The notes under the pieces are model-generated. The model had not been told where the DNA came from. It ran no database searches and saw only the letters and a program-made list of their open reading frames with translations. DNA of 64,000 nucleotides, taken from the human T2T-CHM13v2.0 reference genome, Homo sapiens. Numbering within the stretch: the first letter of the stretch is position 1; every line of letters starts with the position of its first letter. The translations under genes and the position numbers were made by a program. Location of the stretch: NCBI RefSeq assembly GCF_009914755.1, contig NC_060925.1. One strand, given 5' to 3'. Positions 45,101 through 58,724 of this stretch are shown one piece after another.

Positions 45101-46710
45101 CAACCCCTGATTCATTTAAGTCCTTGATGATGGCACTAACCTCTGCAATCCCTCCAGGAATGCAGTATTGCTTCCAGCTTACTATGTTCCTAGGTAGAGG
45201 CAGTTCTTGTGGCTTCCACTTGGCTTTTCTCGCCATAATATCCCCCATTCCACAGTTCCGGCAACCAGTATGCGGATTCCACTAGCTACTCAGCTTGTCT
45301 ATTCCAATTACGCATTCCAGAACTGAGGAAATAACATCAGTTATAACAAATAACTCTGTAATAACCCAGGATGGATTGGGGACACACCGGACCCACTGTT
45401 AGATGGACCTGAGCTACACTCCATTGATCTCCTGACCTCCCTAGTTCCCTATTCTGACTGGATGGCCAGAATGACATTTTGGGTCTCCTGGAATTATTGT
45501 CAGTTCAGAACCATTTTCTAGTACTCCCCAGAAGGTCTGATTATTTCCTTTCCCCAAGGCACACTTACCCTGGAAAAGGCCATAGGTCCCTTTGTGGCAG
45601 ACTGGAAGAAAGATTCACAGTATAAATTTTGGTAGTATACTAAGGTCCTTCTTCAAAAGGGCCCAGCCTCCCTTTCACTCAAGGAATTCTGGGTTTATAA
45701 GCCAGCTTAAGCCTGGGAAATGACTGAGGGATCATGACTCAATTTTTTATTTAGGTTATATTTTTGTTCACTTGACCTAGAACTTTTATGCTTATACAAA
45801 TCAAATAAGAATTTAATAGGCCTCCTATCTGTTTAACTTCTAGGAACACCATGATCAACTAGCCAATACCATAGGTTCAAAAGAGTCAGACTATTTTGAC
45901 TGCTGCTTTGACTTTTTGTTGCTCATTAAGGCAACTGCACTCATCTTTCCATTGGCTGTTGAGCTTGCCCCTTTGCCCCTGCCACCCTGAAATCCAATTA
46001 TCCTCATCACATTTACATTTCCCTATTCAGTGGCTGCAGTTTCCACCATAGTAGGGTCTGATTTACAGAAAAGAGCAAGCACAGAGCTCCTCAAGGATGG
46101 TGGGACTTCCCTCACAAATTGCTTGCTGTAGTGGCAAAAGGTGTGTCTTCTGGACACTCCCGGCGTGAGGGACTAGGTCTTAAATGACAAATTCACTCTA
46201 ACATTCCAATCTCCCTAAGCTTTTGAATCCCTTTTCTACATTAAGCTATACAGGTCTGGCATTCCTAACTTTCTCCTCATTGGCCACTTTTTGGTCCATG
46301 TTTTAGCCAATCAACCAAACAAGTAGTTAGAGCCATTTCCAACTCCCTGAGCTGCACCATTAAATGCAGAATCTCTGCTTAGTGAGCCCATATCAATAAA
46401 TTTGGCCTAATTCAACTTTTTGTTTCTTCCACTGTTATCCTACAGCTTTAATATCCATTTCTACACAGGTTCCCTGGATTTCTGCTTGTAGAAATAAGAA
46501 AACTCAAGTCATTCTTTTGGAGTGTAGCACATTTCCTCATGGGTCACACTTTCTACCTTGACTTTAGGGGCCTTCTGCAATTTGAGTCTAGTTACGGGTC
46601 TAGAAGCAAAGAAGAGTGGTGGGGTTGAGTCCCTAAGAAGACTCAGCATTATCTTGCTTGGCAACTGCCTCAGGGGAGGCAATTACAGTTTCCTCCGGCA
46701 ATGTAGAGTA

Positions 46711-46711
<1 letters not shown>

Positions 46712-46747
<36 letters not shown>
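46712..46747. repeat. (CA)18 microsatellite at the ERV-L breakpoint
   Basis: Read directly. Confidence 0.95.
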
Positions 46748-46750
<3 letters not shown>

Positions 46751-49094
46751 CAGAGAATACTGATAATTTTATCAAGAGTAAAATTTTAGATTTGTCCTAA
46801 AATTTCTTTATGTATGTCTTCAATCCTGTGAAAATTTTTAAGAAACTTTTGCTAAAGCAAAGTCTTTGATAGGGTAGGCCAGTAACATACATTTACTAAA
46901 ATATGGGATATTCAAAAACAGCAAGGAAAGCACTCCAGTTATGGAGTAACAGCTGAATTGTATGGAAATATGACATGCCTGGAATAGGACTTTTGTTCAC
47001 ATGTTTGGACCCAGAGATACCTCCCTGGATAGATGACTGATACTTTTCCTGGGTGATAAGGATGTGAGGAAAGCAAGGTGAGTAGCTTAGACAGAAAAAG
47101 GGGAATGGAATGCATGCACTAAGGAAACTTTCTTTGGTTCTGGTTTTGAACCAAACATAAGCTGGTGAAGCTGAACTAAACAAGAAATCACACAAACAAG
47201 CTGCTATTGCTTGCAGGTGGGCCAGGGTAAAGGAGGCCAATTCTGCAGTAGCTCTAATGCTGCCAGGAGGGTAAAATAGTTGGGGAAAAGTAAAGCCAAA
47301 AGAGCAAATTTACATATACTATGCTGGATCAAGAGGAAAATTCCTCCAGGTGAAAGTCCTGAAAATATTTGATTCGGAAGTAGCCCATCTTATTCTAATA
47401 AGCAATAATTTTAAAAGAATCAATACAGGATCTAAACAAATTTTTTACAAGAAAAAAGTAGAAAATTAAAAAAATCAATGACAAAAACTGGAAAAATATC
47501 AAACGGCAGATGAAAAACTTTTTTAATTTAATGGAGTGATTTTATCTATAAAATGTGATTTCAAAGTAGATATATAAGAATTTAGGAAAGAAATAGTGCA
47601 GCTCAGGAAAAAAATGGAGTGTTAAAAATACTCCAAAAGCAATGTTGGAAACAGTGCAAAGAAAATGAATATTGCTAAAAATGTGCTAAAGAGAATAAAG
47701 GACCAAACTGAGGTAAGCTAGAAAGACTTTAGAAATGAGATAAAATATAAGCATAACTGATATCACTAAAGAAGAGAACCAAAATAACAGAAAAGAAGAA
47801 AATATATAAATAAATTTTAACAAAATGTGCCATGAACATATAGATTCAAAAGCAGACTATGTCCCTAGAAAAATTAAGTCAATCAATGATGAGCTCTTTA
47901 CTTGTAAAGTTACTTAATTTCAAAAATAAACAAGGAATCCTTTGGAAATCCAGAGAGGGAGAAAAAGGTTCATTTGATCTATATAGGAGAAAAAAAAAAG
48001 GAGCTAACCTTAGCCTTTTCCACAACAATGCTAGATGACAATGGAACAATGTCTGTAAAATCCTTATGAAAACATTATAGCTCAGGAGTATTACATGCAG
48101 TCAAACTTTAACTCAGTGTAACAGTTTTAATGTGAAAAAAAATCAAGGAATGTGATTCTCATGAGATTCTCTTAAATAAAGTCAAAGAAAATGAACTTTA
48201 GCTCAACAAGAAATGAATGGGGAAAGTCTGGCAGTATGCATAGAATCTGTTTACATGAAGGGCTAAGACATAAAGGAAGTAGGATTATTGTTACAGAACT
48301 GAATGTAAATATTATACATCTTGAAAGTATAAAAATAATATCGCTAATAACAATTATAATAAAAATAAAAGATAAGGGGAAAGTTAATAAATACATTGAT
48401 TTCATTTTTAAAGCCTAGGGGTTATTAAACAAGCAATATAAACACAAATGCATAAAGGTTTCACTAATAAATCAACTAAAATTGTATGAGGAGTGACAGA
48501 GAAGAGAAAATAGAAATGAACTAATTTCATCTTTGCTCATAGTTGGGAATCAACAGGTTCTGTCTAAAGTTTTGAGGAATAAATATAAGAAGTTATTGTA
48601 ATCCTAAACATCATCACAACAGGAATATAAACCTTTCGTATTAAAGAAACACACAAAACACCACATCACACACATACAAAGTAAGGAGAAAAACATCAAA
48701 TAATAAAATATTTAAAGGTAACAACAACAACAACAACAAAAGCACATACAAAATATAGTGATAAAATCTGTTATGTAATAAACAACAATGGATTGAACTT
48801 ATGTACAAAGAGAAAGAAATATGGTTAAATCACTAGTAAAGTCCAGCAATATGTTACATACTCGAGGTACTTATAAAACAAAGTATCTCAAAAAGGTTGC
48901 AAATAAAAAGACGGAAAAAAGGAATACCAAAAAAGTGTAAACAACCACTAAGTAGTGTTGGGATCATAATTCAGACAAACTTGAATTTCAGGCTTTAAAA
49001 TAAGCTTTGAGGCAGTAAAGGTGATTTTTTAAATGCATCACATTATGAAAAAGTTCATAATCCACTATGATGATACAATAATTATGAAAATCTA

Positions 49095-49755
49095 TGTGGT
49101 AAGTAGAATTTTAAGACGGCCCCCAATATTCCTGTCCCCTAGTATCCACGTCTTATATCAATCCCTCCACTTGAAGCTGAAATATTTAGGAAGGAAGGGT
49201 ACGGGATGAAGATCTGAATATGATGTATGATGGGAAATCATTCTCATGATTATGTTATATAACGTGGAAGAAGGAACTGTACAGCTATAATTAAGGTTAC
49301 TAATCAGTTATCTTTGAGTTAAAAGGAAGAGTATTTGAGTGGCCTGCCCTAATCACATGAGTCTTTTAAGTCTGGGTCTGGAGGTTGGAGACAGAAGTCA
49401 GAGATTGGTAGTGTGAGATGGCCTCTGGAACAGGTCATATGGCAAGAAACCGCAGATGGCTTCTAGATGCTGAGTATTGTCCTCAGCCGCAGCCAGCAAA
49501 GTAATAGGTTCTTCAATCTGACAGCCTCAAACAATTGAATTTTGCCAACAATCTAATTGACCTGGAAAGAGAACTCTGAGCCTCAAATGAGATAGCACTC
49601 CAAGTTGACATCTTGAGTCCAGCTGTGTGAGACCCTGAGCAGACTACAGCTAAACTGAGACTGAACCTTCTGACCTACAGACACTGAAATAACAACATAT
49701 TTTTAAGCCTTTAAATTTGTGATAAATTGATGCACAGCTATAGAAAATTAACACA
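49095..49755 (+). mobile_element. MLT1 (MaLR) solo LTR
   Basis: tgtggtaagtagaattttaagacggccccc..ttttaagcctttaaatttgtg..gctatagaaaattaacaca; TSD atcta/atcca. Confidence 0.85.
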
Positions 49756-49893
49756 ATCCACATACTGTATATCATAGTACCATCCATATTGATAGAGCAA
49801 AACAAAACTGTAGGAAAGTTTCTGGTTTATGTACTAATACGTGATATTTTTTGCAGCATTACTAGTAGAAGACTTTAATACACCTCTGTCAGC

Positions 49894-49918
49894 ATGTTGA
49901 CAAGGAATCCAAAAACAA
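49894..49918 (+). CDS. MROH9: MROH9 first coding segment (MLTRNPKT+1 nt) in exon 2 (exon 49857-49918)
   Basis: Branch-like tactaat at 49832, acceptor ttttttgcag, ATG with -3 A, donor CAA|GTAAGG; phase matches the next exon; peptide matches the recalled MROH9 N-terminus. Confidence 0.88.
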
Positions 49919-50559
49919 GTAAGGCTTTAGGACACAATAGAGATGGGAGAAGGTATTTTTGTGTATATGTGTGTGTATGAGTGACAGATGACAGAGAGAA
50001 ACCTATACATCATTCTGTAACCATGATAACAAAGAATGTACCTTTTTTCCCTAATGCCCGTAGAACGTTCACAAAAGTAACCATATATTAGGCTAGAAAT
50101 TTCTGTATAAATTCCAGAAAGTAGAAATAGAAGACATATTCTCTGATTACAATGCAAAAAATTAGAAACTAGTGATGAATTCATGAAACAAGTGAAAAAC
50201 AACCTACCACTTGTCCAGTAAACTTTCTATTTTAAACAATTCTTGAGTCAAAGAGGAAATTAATAGGAAATTACAAAGTATTGATAATACTACATATCAA
50301 ACCCTATAGTATACAGCCAAAGGGATCATAGAGAAAAATTTATAGCCTTTAGTACTTAGAAAACTAAACCAGAACAAAATAAGAATAATGAAATCAAGTA
50401 TTGAAAGCAAGAAGTTATCAAAATAAAACAAAACAAATCTAAGGAATGCAGAAATAAAATGACCCACATAAAGATGAAGTTGAATATTTGAATTCAGGAA
50501 AAGAAAAATAGTAGGACTAATAAATAAATTCAAAATCTTGTATTTTTTTCATGATGAGA

Positions 50560-51010
50560 CAGGCAGGCATTCACTCTGTAATATTTTTTCCTCAAACCTA
50601 TATTCCCAGTCTAATTATATGAAAAAAAATCAGATAAATCCAAATAGAGGTACATTTTACAAAATACCTAACCAGTGCTCTTCAAAACTGTCAGGGTCAT
50701 AAACAAGGAAAGACTGCTAAACTGTTAGAGATCAGAGCAAACTGAGGAGACACGCTGACTAAATGCAACGTGGAATCCTGGACTGGATCCCAGAACCAGA
50801 AAAGGATATTAGTGGAAAAATAGGTGAAATCCAAATAAAGTCTGAATTTTAGTTAATGTAATTGTAATAATGTTAATTTCTTAGTTTTGAAAAATGTGCC
50901 ATGGTTATGTAAGATGTTAGTTAACATTGGAGGGAACTGGTTGAAGGATACATGATAATTTACTGTCTTTGCAACTTTCCTATAGGTCTGAAATAAAAAG
51001 TTATTTTTTT
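50560..51010 (+). mobile_element. L1MC/MD-type 3'UTR
   Basis: gactaaatgcaacgtggaatcctggactggatcccagaaccagaaaaggatattagtggaaaa. Confidence 0.7.
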
Positions 51011-51863
51011 AAAAAAAGAATCAAAGAAGATCTAGAAAATCTAAATATACCGATTAAAATAGAAGACATAAAATAATTATCAAAGGGCTACCTCCTCCAA
51101 GCAAGCAAAGGAAAACATAACAGTTTCTAAAAATTTCATAAGGCAATTTTATCAATCATTTCAGTAACTGATAACTCCATTTCTAATTAAATTATTTTGA
51201 TAACATTAAAAAATTTAAAAGCCCCTTATACTGTTTCCTATGAAGTTATAATTCAAACAAAATTATATTTTCCTTTCCAGTTTTAATATATGCATTTATT
51301 TCTATTTTTAAATAATATTTGATGGTCCTTCCAGAAATGGTAAATGATGGTGGTAGTAATGATAATCTTTGTTTTATTCTTTACCTTAATAAGAACGCTT
51401 CTATTTATTTTCTAATCACACTTGGTACTGACTTTTTTATCTATCACATTAAGACATGAACTACATAGCCATTTTATTTAAAAATGTTATCAAGTTCATA
51501 TTTAAAATCTTATAAATTTGGAACTCAAAAATTATTGTGTAGAATTTCTTCTTTAGCAATTAATGTTGAGAATTGTATTATAGATTCTCTTTTATTGAAC
51601 CATCCTCTATGTAATAAATACTACTTGGGTATAGGCTTTTATTCTTTTAATGTGCTGCCATAGCCTGCCTACTAATCTTTTTGTTAAGTGTTGTCCAGTA
51701 ATACTCACAGTAAATTTGTCTATAGTTTTAGTGTGTGTGTGCATGTCCTTGTTGGGCTTTGACATCAAGGTCATAGTAGCTTCAGGTTTGGAAATAAGGC
51801 CCCACTAAGATGATAGGAGTCTATGTTCATTCCTTTTTAACGAATCTCCTTCTTTCTGGCTAG

Positions 51864-51910
51864 AGAGTAGTCTCCAGATTCTGCAAGACAGTGTGAAATG
51901 GCACCACATG
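51864..51910 (+). CDS. MROH9: MROH9 exon 3 (K)SSLQILQDSVKWHHM
   Basis: Acceptor ctccttctttctggctag, donor ATG|GTAAGT, 47 nt, phase 1 to 0. Confidence 0.92.
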
Positions 51911-52849
51911 GTAAGTGATATTCTATAAGGATATCAACGTAACTGAATTCTCTTGGAAAAAATAACTTTTTACTGTTTCCATTACAAGGATGTTACAAGT
52001 AATGTTTAAAATACATGTGTTGGGGGAGAAAGGGGAAAAAAAGGCAATTTGGTTAAAAATTGTTTTTACCTGTATGTCCCTGCAGCGTCATTTCTTCTTC
52101 ATTCTCTCATGCTCCTGAAAATGACCTTCAGCACTAATTTAAAAGGATGAAACTTTTTACCCATCCTACTATTTATCCCACCCATCCTCCATCAACTGAC
52201 TGGTCTCTAGGATAGTCTCCTCACTCATATTTTCCCTTCCATCATCACTGTGGAAACCCTTCCCATCAAAGTGAAGCCCTTCTACCTAGTCTCTGATTGA
52301 ATGATATTATTTCCTTATTTGAGAGCCATTCTAGTTTGTGTCTTTCCTTTTCCATTTATCTTATTTTCTAGGCCTTTTGCAGATTTCTTGTCTTTGATCT
52401 CTTGAGAGCAGAGATTGTGATTATTCATCTTTGTGTTCTCTGCAGTGTGTAGCACAGTATTGTCTTAGTGGATATTCATCCAGTCATTTTTCAAAATTGT
52501 TTTAAAATTCTGAACCTCTAATAGACCCTACCATCATTTTAATCCACATCCAAATTAACACAGAAGAAACAGGGGAGGGCTACCATAAGAAAATATGTAA
52601 TCTTCTACCTTTACAAAAGAAATGCTTCAGCGTGGATATTAAAACTTTTATAGATTTTGTTCATAATCCATAGGTCGAAGTCGCTGATAATTAAAGCAAA
52701 ACATTGATATCATTTGGTGGACAAATTGATTTTTCCAGCCAGGACATGAGGAGAGTTGTTAATAAAACCATATTCTATTAAACAGGGTCATTTAATCCTT
52801 TCCCATTTGTATAGTCCATAGAGTCAGAAAGATGCAGTTTAGAATTACA

Positions 52850-53850
52850 CTCACTCAATCACTCATTCATTTATTCAACAAATATTTATTGAGAATCTAC
52901 TATGCATTAAATATTATGCTATCTTTTTGAGAAACAAAGTAGAATAAAACTCAAATACTAGCCCCAAATTGCTTATAGTCCAATGGGAGAGATTTTTAAA
53001 AATTCAGTAGTTAGAAACTGTTATAAGCTATGAAGAAGTTACAATATTCAGGAAATGATAGAAGTATATTTGGAGGGACATTCAAATATGACTTTGGGCC
53101 AGAGAAGATTTGAGCTGGACTTTGAAAGATGAGTAGAATGCCTAGATGAAAGTGAAGTACATTCCAAGAAGAGGAAACAGCACCTGTAAAGGCGTGGAGA
53201 AAGAAAAAGCAACATACGTTTGTAGAATTATAGATTTTAGCTATGGTTCCCCAGGAAGCAGATTCTAAAATAACACTGGATGTGCTCTTTGGATCAATAC
53301 TTGGGGATTAGTAGTAGAGGCAAAGTGAAGGAAGCAGGATTAGGTACAAGGAGGTGTTGAACTGCAATGCACTTGCAAGATAGGTCTCAGCTACTTCTGC
53401 AGGGCACTCTGGAACTGGAATGACCTTTCAAAGTTGACCCTCTTTGAGGCAAGGAGGTTTGGCCTTTATTTCCCCATGTCAACTAGTCATTAGATGTAGG
53501 TTGCTCCCAGAGAGGGGATGTGATCTTAGGTAGGAAGGCTCTTTGGCTAAGGGAAGTCTCAAGAATACTTATCTAAAAGCTCTCAGCTGCCAACACTTCC
53601 ACAAGTTGTGGAAAGAGTATTTCAGTACTGAAATGGAGAGGGGTGGTCTAAACAACACCCTGCAGCATCCATCTAAGACAAAAGGTGTATCTAGAATGAA
53701 GACTAGTCAAGAGGAAATAACAGGAGTTGTGGATGGAGAGGTAAGCACAGACTTAGTCATAAAAGTTCCTTTACGCTTTGCTAAAAAGTTCAAAACCTTG
53801 GTGACTTACTTAATCAGGAGAGTGGTGTTGCTCCAACAAAATTATAGATG
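52850..53850 (-). mobile_element. L2 fragments interrupted by an MLT1-like LTR (~53240-53680)
   Basis: cattcatttattcaacaaatatttattgag L2 3' end; gattccaag/ggaaacagcacctgtaaagg L2 body. Confidence 0.65.
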
Positions 53851-54279
53851 ATGAAATACAAAGATACTCCTTATAAGTAATAACAGACATCTGAGTTGAA
53901 GTGTACAATTGAGGGCGGATGGCTGTTGGGAACTCCTGCACCTGGGTCAAGTGGGCTGGTGTTTCAAAATTTAAAAACCAAAAACCAAAACACAGCACAG
54001 TGGGGATCTTCCAGAACATGTAGCTGGACCTTGAAAGTGACACTCTCCTAGTAAATTGAGTTCTTCATCAGCAGGGCTGTTGGGGGCACCACCTGCTTGC
54101 CAGAACAAATCACCAACAGGAAGGGGACAATAAATTATTTCATGGATGGACCAAAAAGGAAACATATTTCCCCCAATTCCTCAGCCACCTACAACCCCAG
54201 AGATACAAAGACAAGGAAGATGAGAAAGGGAACAGAGTACAGAGACATGTGAGAGAGGGAAATCCCTTCCCTATTCCAA

Positions 54280-54525
54280 TGATAGTAAAAATAGCTAAAA
54301 CTTATATAGTACCCATAACGTGTTAGGCATGCTGTAAGTGCTTTAAATGAATAACTCATTTAATTCTCACAACAGCCCTGTGGGGTAAGTACTACCTTGA
54401 AAATGGGGAAACAGAGGCAGAAAGTGACCTGCTTATAGTCACATAGCTAGCAAGTGGCAGAACGAGGTTATAAATTCATAGATCCTGGCTGCACAGTTGC
54501 TGGTCTAAGCACCAAGCTATACTGT
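54280..54525 (-). mobile_element. MIR SINE
   Basis: aactcatttaattctcacaacagccctgtgggg..ggaaacagaggcag. Confidence 0.8.
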
Positions 54526-56257
54526 GTTTACCCTAAAACCAAAATCCTTGCCTGCTCTGGGTATCAAGGAAGACTTTTGAACAAACAATGAAGTTGAAGA
54601 TTTTAAATAAACAGGATTTAGTACTAACAATAATTATGAGACTGTATTAATAACCAAAAAAAGATGGAGAATTCATGAAATCAGACTTAGAATAGTCCAT
54701 AAAGGAGACAGCCATCTATCAGGGAAAGACAGGGCAAGGGAGTTGGCAGAGAAGAGGGACAGAGCACAGTGGCAGCAGTTACAGGAAAACATAGAACCAA
54801 TTCCTGTATATATACCTTAGAGGCTAAAACTGCTCACAAAAGAGTATCATTAACATTCTTATATCTGCATATTCTATTGCTAGGAGAATGCACAGGAAAG
54901 CAGTAACAACTGTAGATTCTGGGGATGGAAATTAGGGGATGGGAGCTAGAGAAGGGGAAGACTTGGAAACGTTCACTGTTTACGCTTTTGTACTGTACTG
55001 CACATGCATGTGTATTACCTTTTTATATGTTCAAACAAATAAATAAGGTATACTACTTTAAAAGTCCATTCAAAAACATGCTTCTATGAATAATCTAAGT
55101 TTTATTGCTGGATCAAACTATATCTATATTTTGATATAGTCTATAATTATATTTACAATCCATCTTTTGCTCTTGTAAAGGGGCTGTTTACTATGCATGT
55201 TTGTAAATGTCCCTCACCCTTAAATCCTCCATTTTGTCTTAATTTTTATTCTTTATTTTCTTTTAGCCTTTATTTTTATATCATCGAATTGGTTTTCTTT
55301 GTCTCTAAGCCACTGAAAATCCCTCTTTTTTTCCCTAGTGTGGGAGAGGGGTCCTAATGAATAAATTGAAAGATGTCTTCCTATGTGGATTTGAAGGAAT
55401 TTTAAAATAGAGATTTGCCATCAGTTAGAGATGACCACACTAAATTTTGATCTAGTTAGATGTATACACTGTTAGAGAAGTAGAGTAGTCCAAACACAAT
55501 TATTGCCAATAGTGTGATAAGGAGTTTTGTCAAAAATATAAAGTGCACAGAAAATTTAGAAAGTGCAAAGAGTTATGGCATTCCAATTACAGAAACAAAT
55601 TAATTAACTCCATCAATTTGTCTCTACAGGAATAATAGGAGTTAGTGAACCAGCTCCTAAGCATGCATAGTAAAACTGTGGTTCTAAGAAAGCAAAAACT
55701 GGACTACCATTCCAGGCCTTAATTTGTTTTTCAGCAACAGAATCTACATTTCTCTTAGCTGTGGAAAAGGTCAACTTCAGAAACCCAATTATATTCAAAA
55801 GAATGACACAGACTTAGATTGGAAATAGGAGTTGCAAGAAGAGAGAAGGAGATAATCAAATGGCTCATTGGAAACAAAACATAAACTTGCTTGATGTAGA
55901 AACAGTTATTGCTAGCATTGAGACATGTCTGGGCCACTCAAGATAAGGCAGGACTAGCAGGATGGAAGAGCCTGCAGGGAAAGACACCTCCTAGCTGAAG
56001 ATTATCAAGGTGCGTGAATGTGATTCAAAGACAGTGGGCTAGTATGAGAGGTTGATCAGTGCTTCTCACTATATTAATAGCACAGTCCCAGCTGCTAAGT
56101 CCTATAAAGACAGGGCTGTTGTAAAAGAGCAAAACAATGACCATCTGAAAATGATGAGAGTGAATTCAGTCACCTGTGGCTTTAGCTATAAAGTGAGAGC
56201 ACCTTTTGTGCAGAAGCTGGCTCTTTTGCTAATGGGTTACAGCAGCCATGGGACGGT

Positions 56258-57115
56258 AATCAACAAGTGGGTGAAGGATATGAACAGACACTTCTCAAAA
56301 GAAGACATTTATGCAGCCAAAAGACACATGAAAAAATGCTCATCATCACTGGCCATCAGAGAAATGCAAATCAAAACCATAATGAGATACCATCTCACAC
56401 CAGTTAGAATGGCGCTCATTAAAAAGTCAGGAAACAACAGGTGCTGGAGAGGATGTGGAGAAATAGGAACACTTTTACACTGTTGGTGGGACTGTAAACT
56501 AGTTCAACCATTGTGGAAGTCAGTGTGGCGATTCCTCAGGGATCTAGAACTAGAAATACCATTTGACCCAGCCATCCCATTACTGGATATATACCCAAAG
56601 GATTATAAGTCATGCTGCTATAAAGACACATGCACACATATGTTTATTGTGGCACTATTCACAATAGCAAAGACTTGGAACCAAACCAAATGTCCATCAA
56701 TGATAGACTGGATTAAGAAAATGTGGCACATACACACCATGGAATACTATGCAGCCATAAAAAATGATGAGTTCATGTCCTTTGTGGGGACATGGATGAA
56801 GCTGGAAACCATCATTCTCAGCAAACTATCGCAAGGACAAAAAACCAAACACTGCATGTTCTCACTCATAGGTGGGAATTGAACAATGAGAACACTTGGA
56901 CACAGGAAGCGGAACATCACACACTGGGGCCTGTTGTGGAGTTGGGGGAGGGGGGAGGGATAGTATTAGGAGATATACCTAATGTAAATGACAAGTTAAT
57001 GGGTGCAGCACACCAACATGGCACATGTATACATATGTAACAAACCTGCACGTTGTGCACATGTACCCCAGAACTTAAAGTATAATAAAAAATATATATA
57101 TATATATTAAAAAAA
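56258..57115 (+). mobile_element. 5'-truncated L1PA (PA4-6-like) with intact ORF2 C-terminus
   Basis: [29 protein letters not shown]...[12 protein letters not shown]...MFSLIGGN*, followed by L1PA 3'UTR and tail. Confidence 0.95.
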
Positions 57116-58064
57116 GAAGCATTAGCAACAGTATCAATGCCTTTGACAGATGGCAGAGGCAGCAGCAGCAGCAAGCAGCAGCTTTTGACTTCAACAGAGG
57201 TAGGCAATGCCAACACATCAAATTATAGCAGTGAAGGAGGTATCAGACAAATCTTTACTACAGATAGCTCAGATGTATAACACAAAATCTTTTGTAATCT
57301 ATCCAATTATTTTTGGTTTTCAAAAATGTATTAGCTACTTTTAATTATTCACACTATCAGAGGAACTTTGAAATATACTTGTCAAATTCCTTCCAGAATT
57401 TCTCTTGGCATTTTGATTTGAAACACTGAATTTATAGATTAAGTTATGAATACTTCCTTAAACTATTGTCTTATCATTAGAAACATGTTTTCTTTCTACT
57501 TATTTGAATATTTAGTAAAGTTTTTTCTTCATGCAGACTTCATACAGTATCTTTAGAAGTATTTTATAAATAGTATTGTTATTGAGTGTAAAATGTATGA
57601 TTTGCAAATATATTCTCTCAGTATATGGTTTGTCTTATTTTTCTTAACGGTATCTTTTGAAGAGCAAGAGGTTTTAGTTTTGATCAAGTCCAATTTACCA
57701 TTTTTTTCTCTTTTGTGGGCCATGGTTTCCGTGTTGCATCTAAAAACAAAAAAAAACTTTTCCTAACCAAAAATGGCTGTTTTCTTCTAAAGGTTTTATA
57801 ATTTTAGCCTTACATTTATATTTATGATCCATTTTGTGTAGGTGCAAGGTAAAGTATAAATTCATCTAGTTGTATTAAACATCTTTTGTCCCATTCTTAT
57901 GTTTGTAACATAAAGTCTTGTAGCATTGGCCCACACAGTTTCTAACTTTCAGAGCTTAAGGAGATGTTCTTCATGAAGTGAATATATGATCAATTTCAAA
58001 TGCTTTTATAGTTTTACAAAAATGGTATGCTCTTATTTTTAAAAGCCATGCAATGTAGATTAGG

Positions 58065-58257
58065 GAAAGAAAAGAAAAGAAAAGAAAAGAAAAGAAAGAG
58101 AAAGAAAGGATGGAGAGAGGGAGGGGAGGGAGGAGAGGGAGAGAGAGAGAGAGATGAAAGAAAGAAAAAGAAAGGAAGGAAGGAAGAAAGAGAAAGAAAG
58201 AGAGAGAAAGAGAGAGAAAGAAAGAAAGAAAAAAAGAAAGAGAGAGAAAGAAAGAAA
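58065..58257. repeat. Compound purine microsatellite (AAAAG/GGA/GA/AAAG)
   Basis: Read directly. Confidence 0.95.
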
Positions 58258-58724
58258 CACCGTGAAAAGAGTCATCACCAATTATTATTTCAGCCATTTC
58301 TCTAGGTCACAAGTCATTTTCTCTTAAAAAAAAATTGAATGCATAACTTACATTGTTTTGTGATATCCGTTATGACTGATGAAAACATGATGGTGGTCTG
58401 ATTCTCTAGTCTTTGTCACCTGGATTCTTTCTGTAGAAGCCTTTATCTTTATTTTTGGTAAACTGGAATTTTATAAAAATGTCTCTAGGTATTTTTTAAT
58501 TCAAATATACTGGGCACTCACACATTTCCAATCCAACTGCTCCAGCCATTTATCTCTGAGAAATTATACTACACTATTGATTGGATAATTTTTCTCTTCA
58601 TGTTTTCTCCATTATTTCTTTATGAGACTCCTATTAGCTACATATTGAATTGTAAATTCTTAAGAAATTTTACTATTTGACAGCTTTGAATTTTGGCACT
58701 CTTCAATATCTGATTTTATATTTT

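Larger units (their letters stand above)
47400..50540 (+). mobile_element. Ancient L1M (ORF1 remnant and ORF2 endonuclease domain) hosting MROH9 exon 2
   Basis: Colinear ORF2 motifs: NNNGLN (~48780), SDKLEF (~48971), LVEDFNTPLS (49862), KECTFF (50031), IFSDYNA (50136), TTYQTL (~50288). Confidence 0.8.

Noticed and set aside
56052-56882. Longest ORF (276 aa) as a novel chimeric gene
   Set aside because: About 200 aa are the L1PA ORF2 C-terminus; the upstream part is a chance in-frame flank with a TTG start and no splice or promoter support
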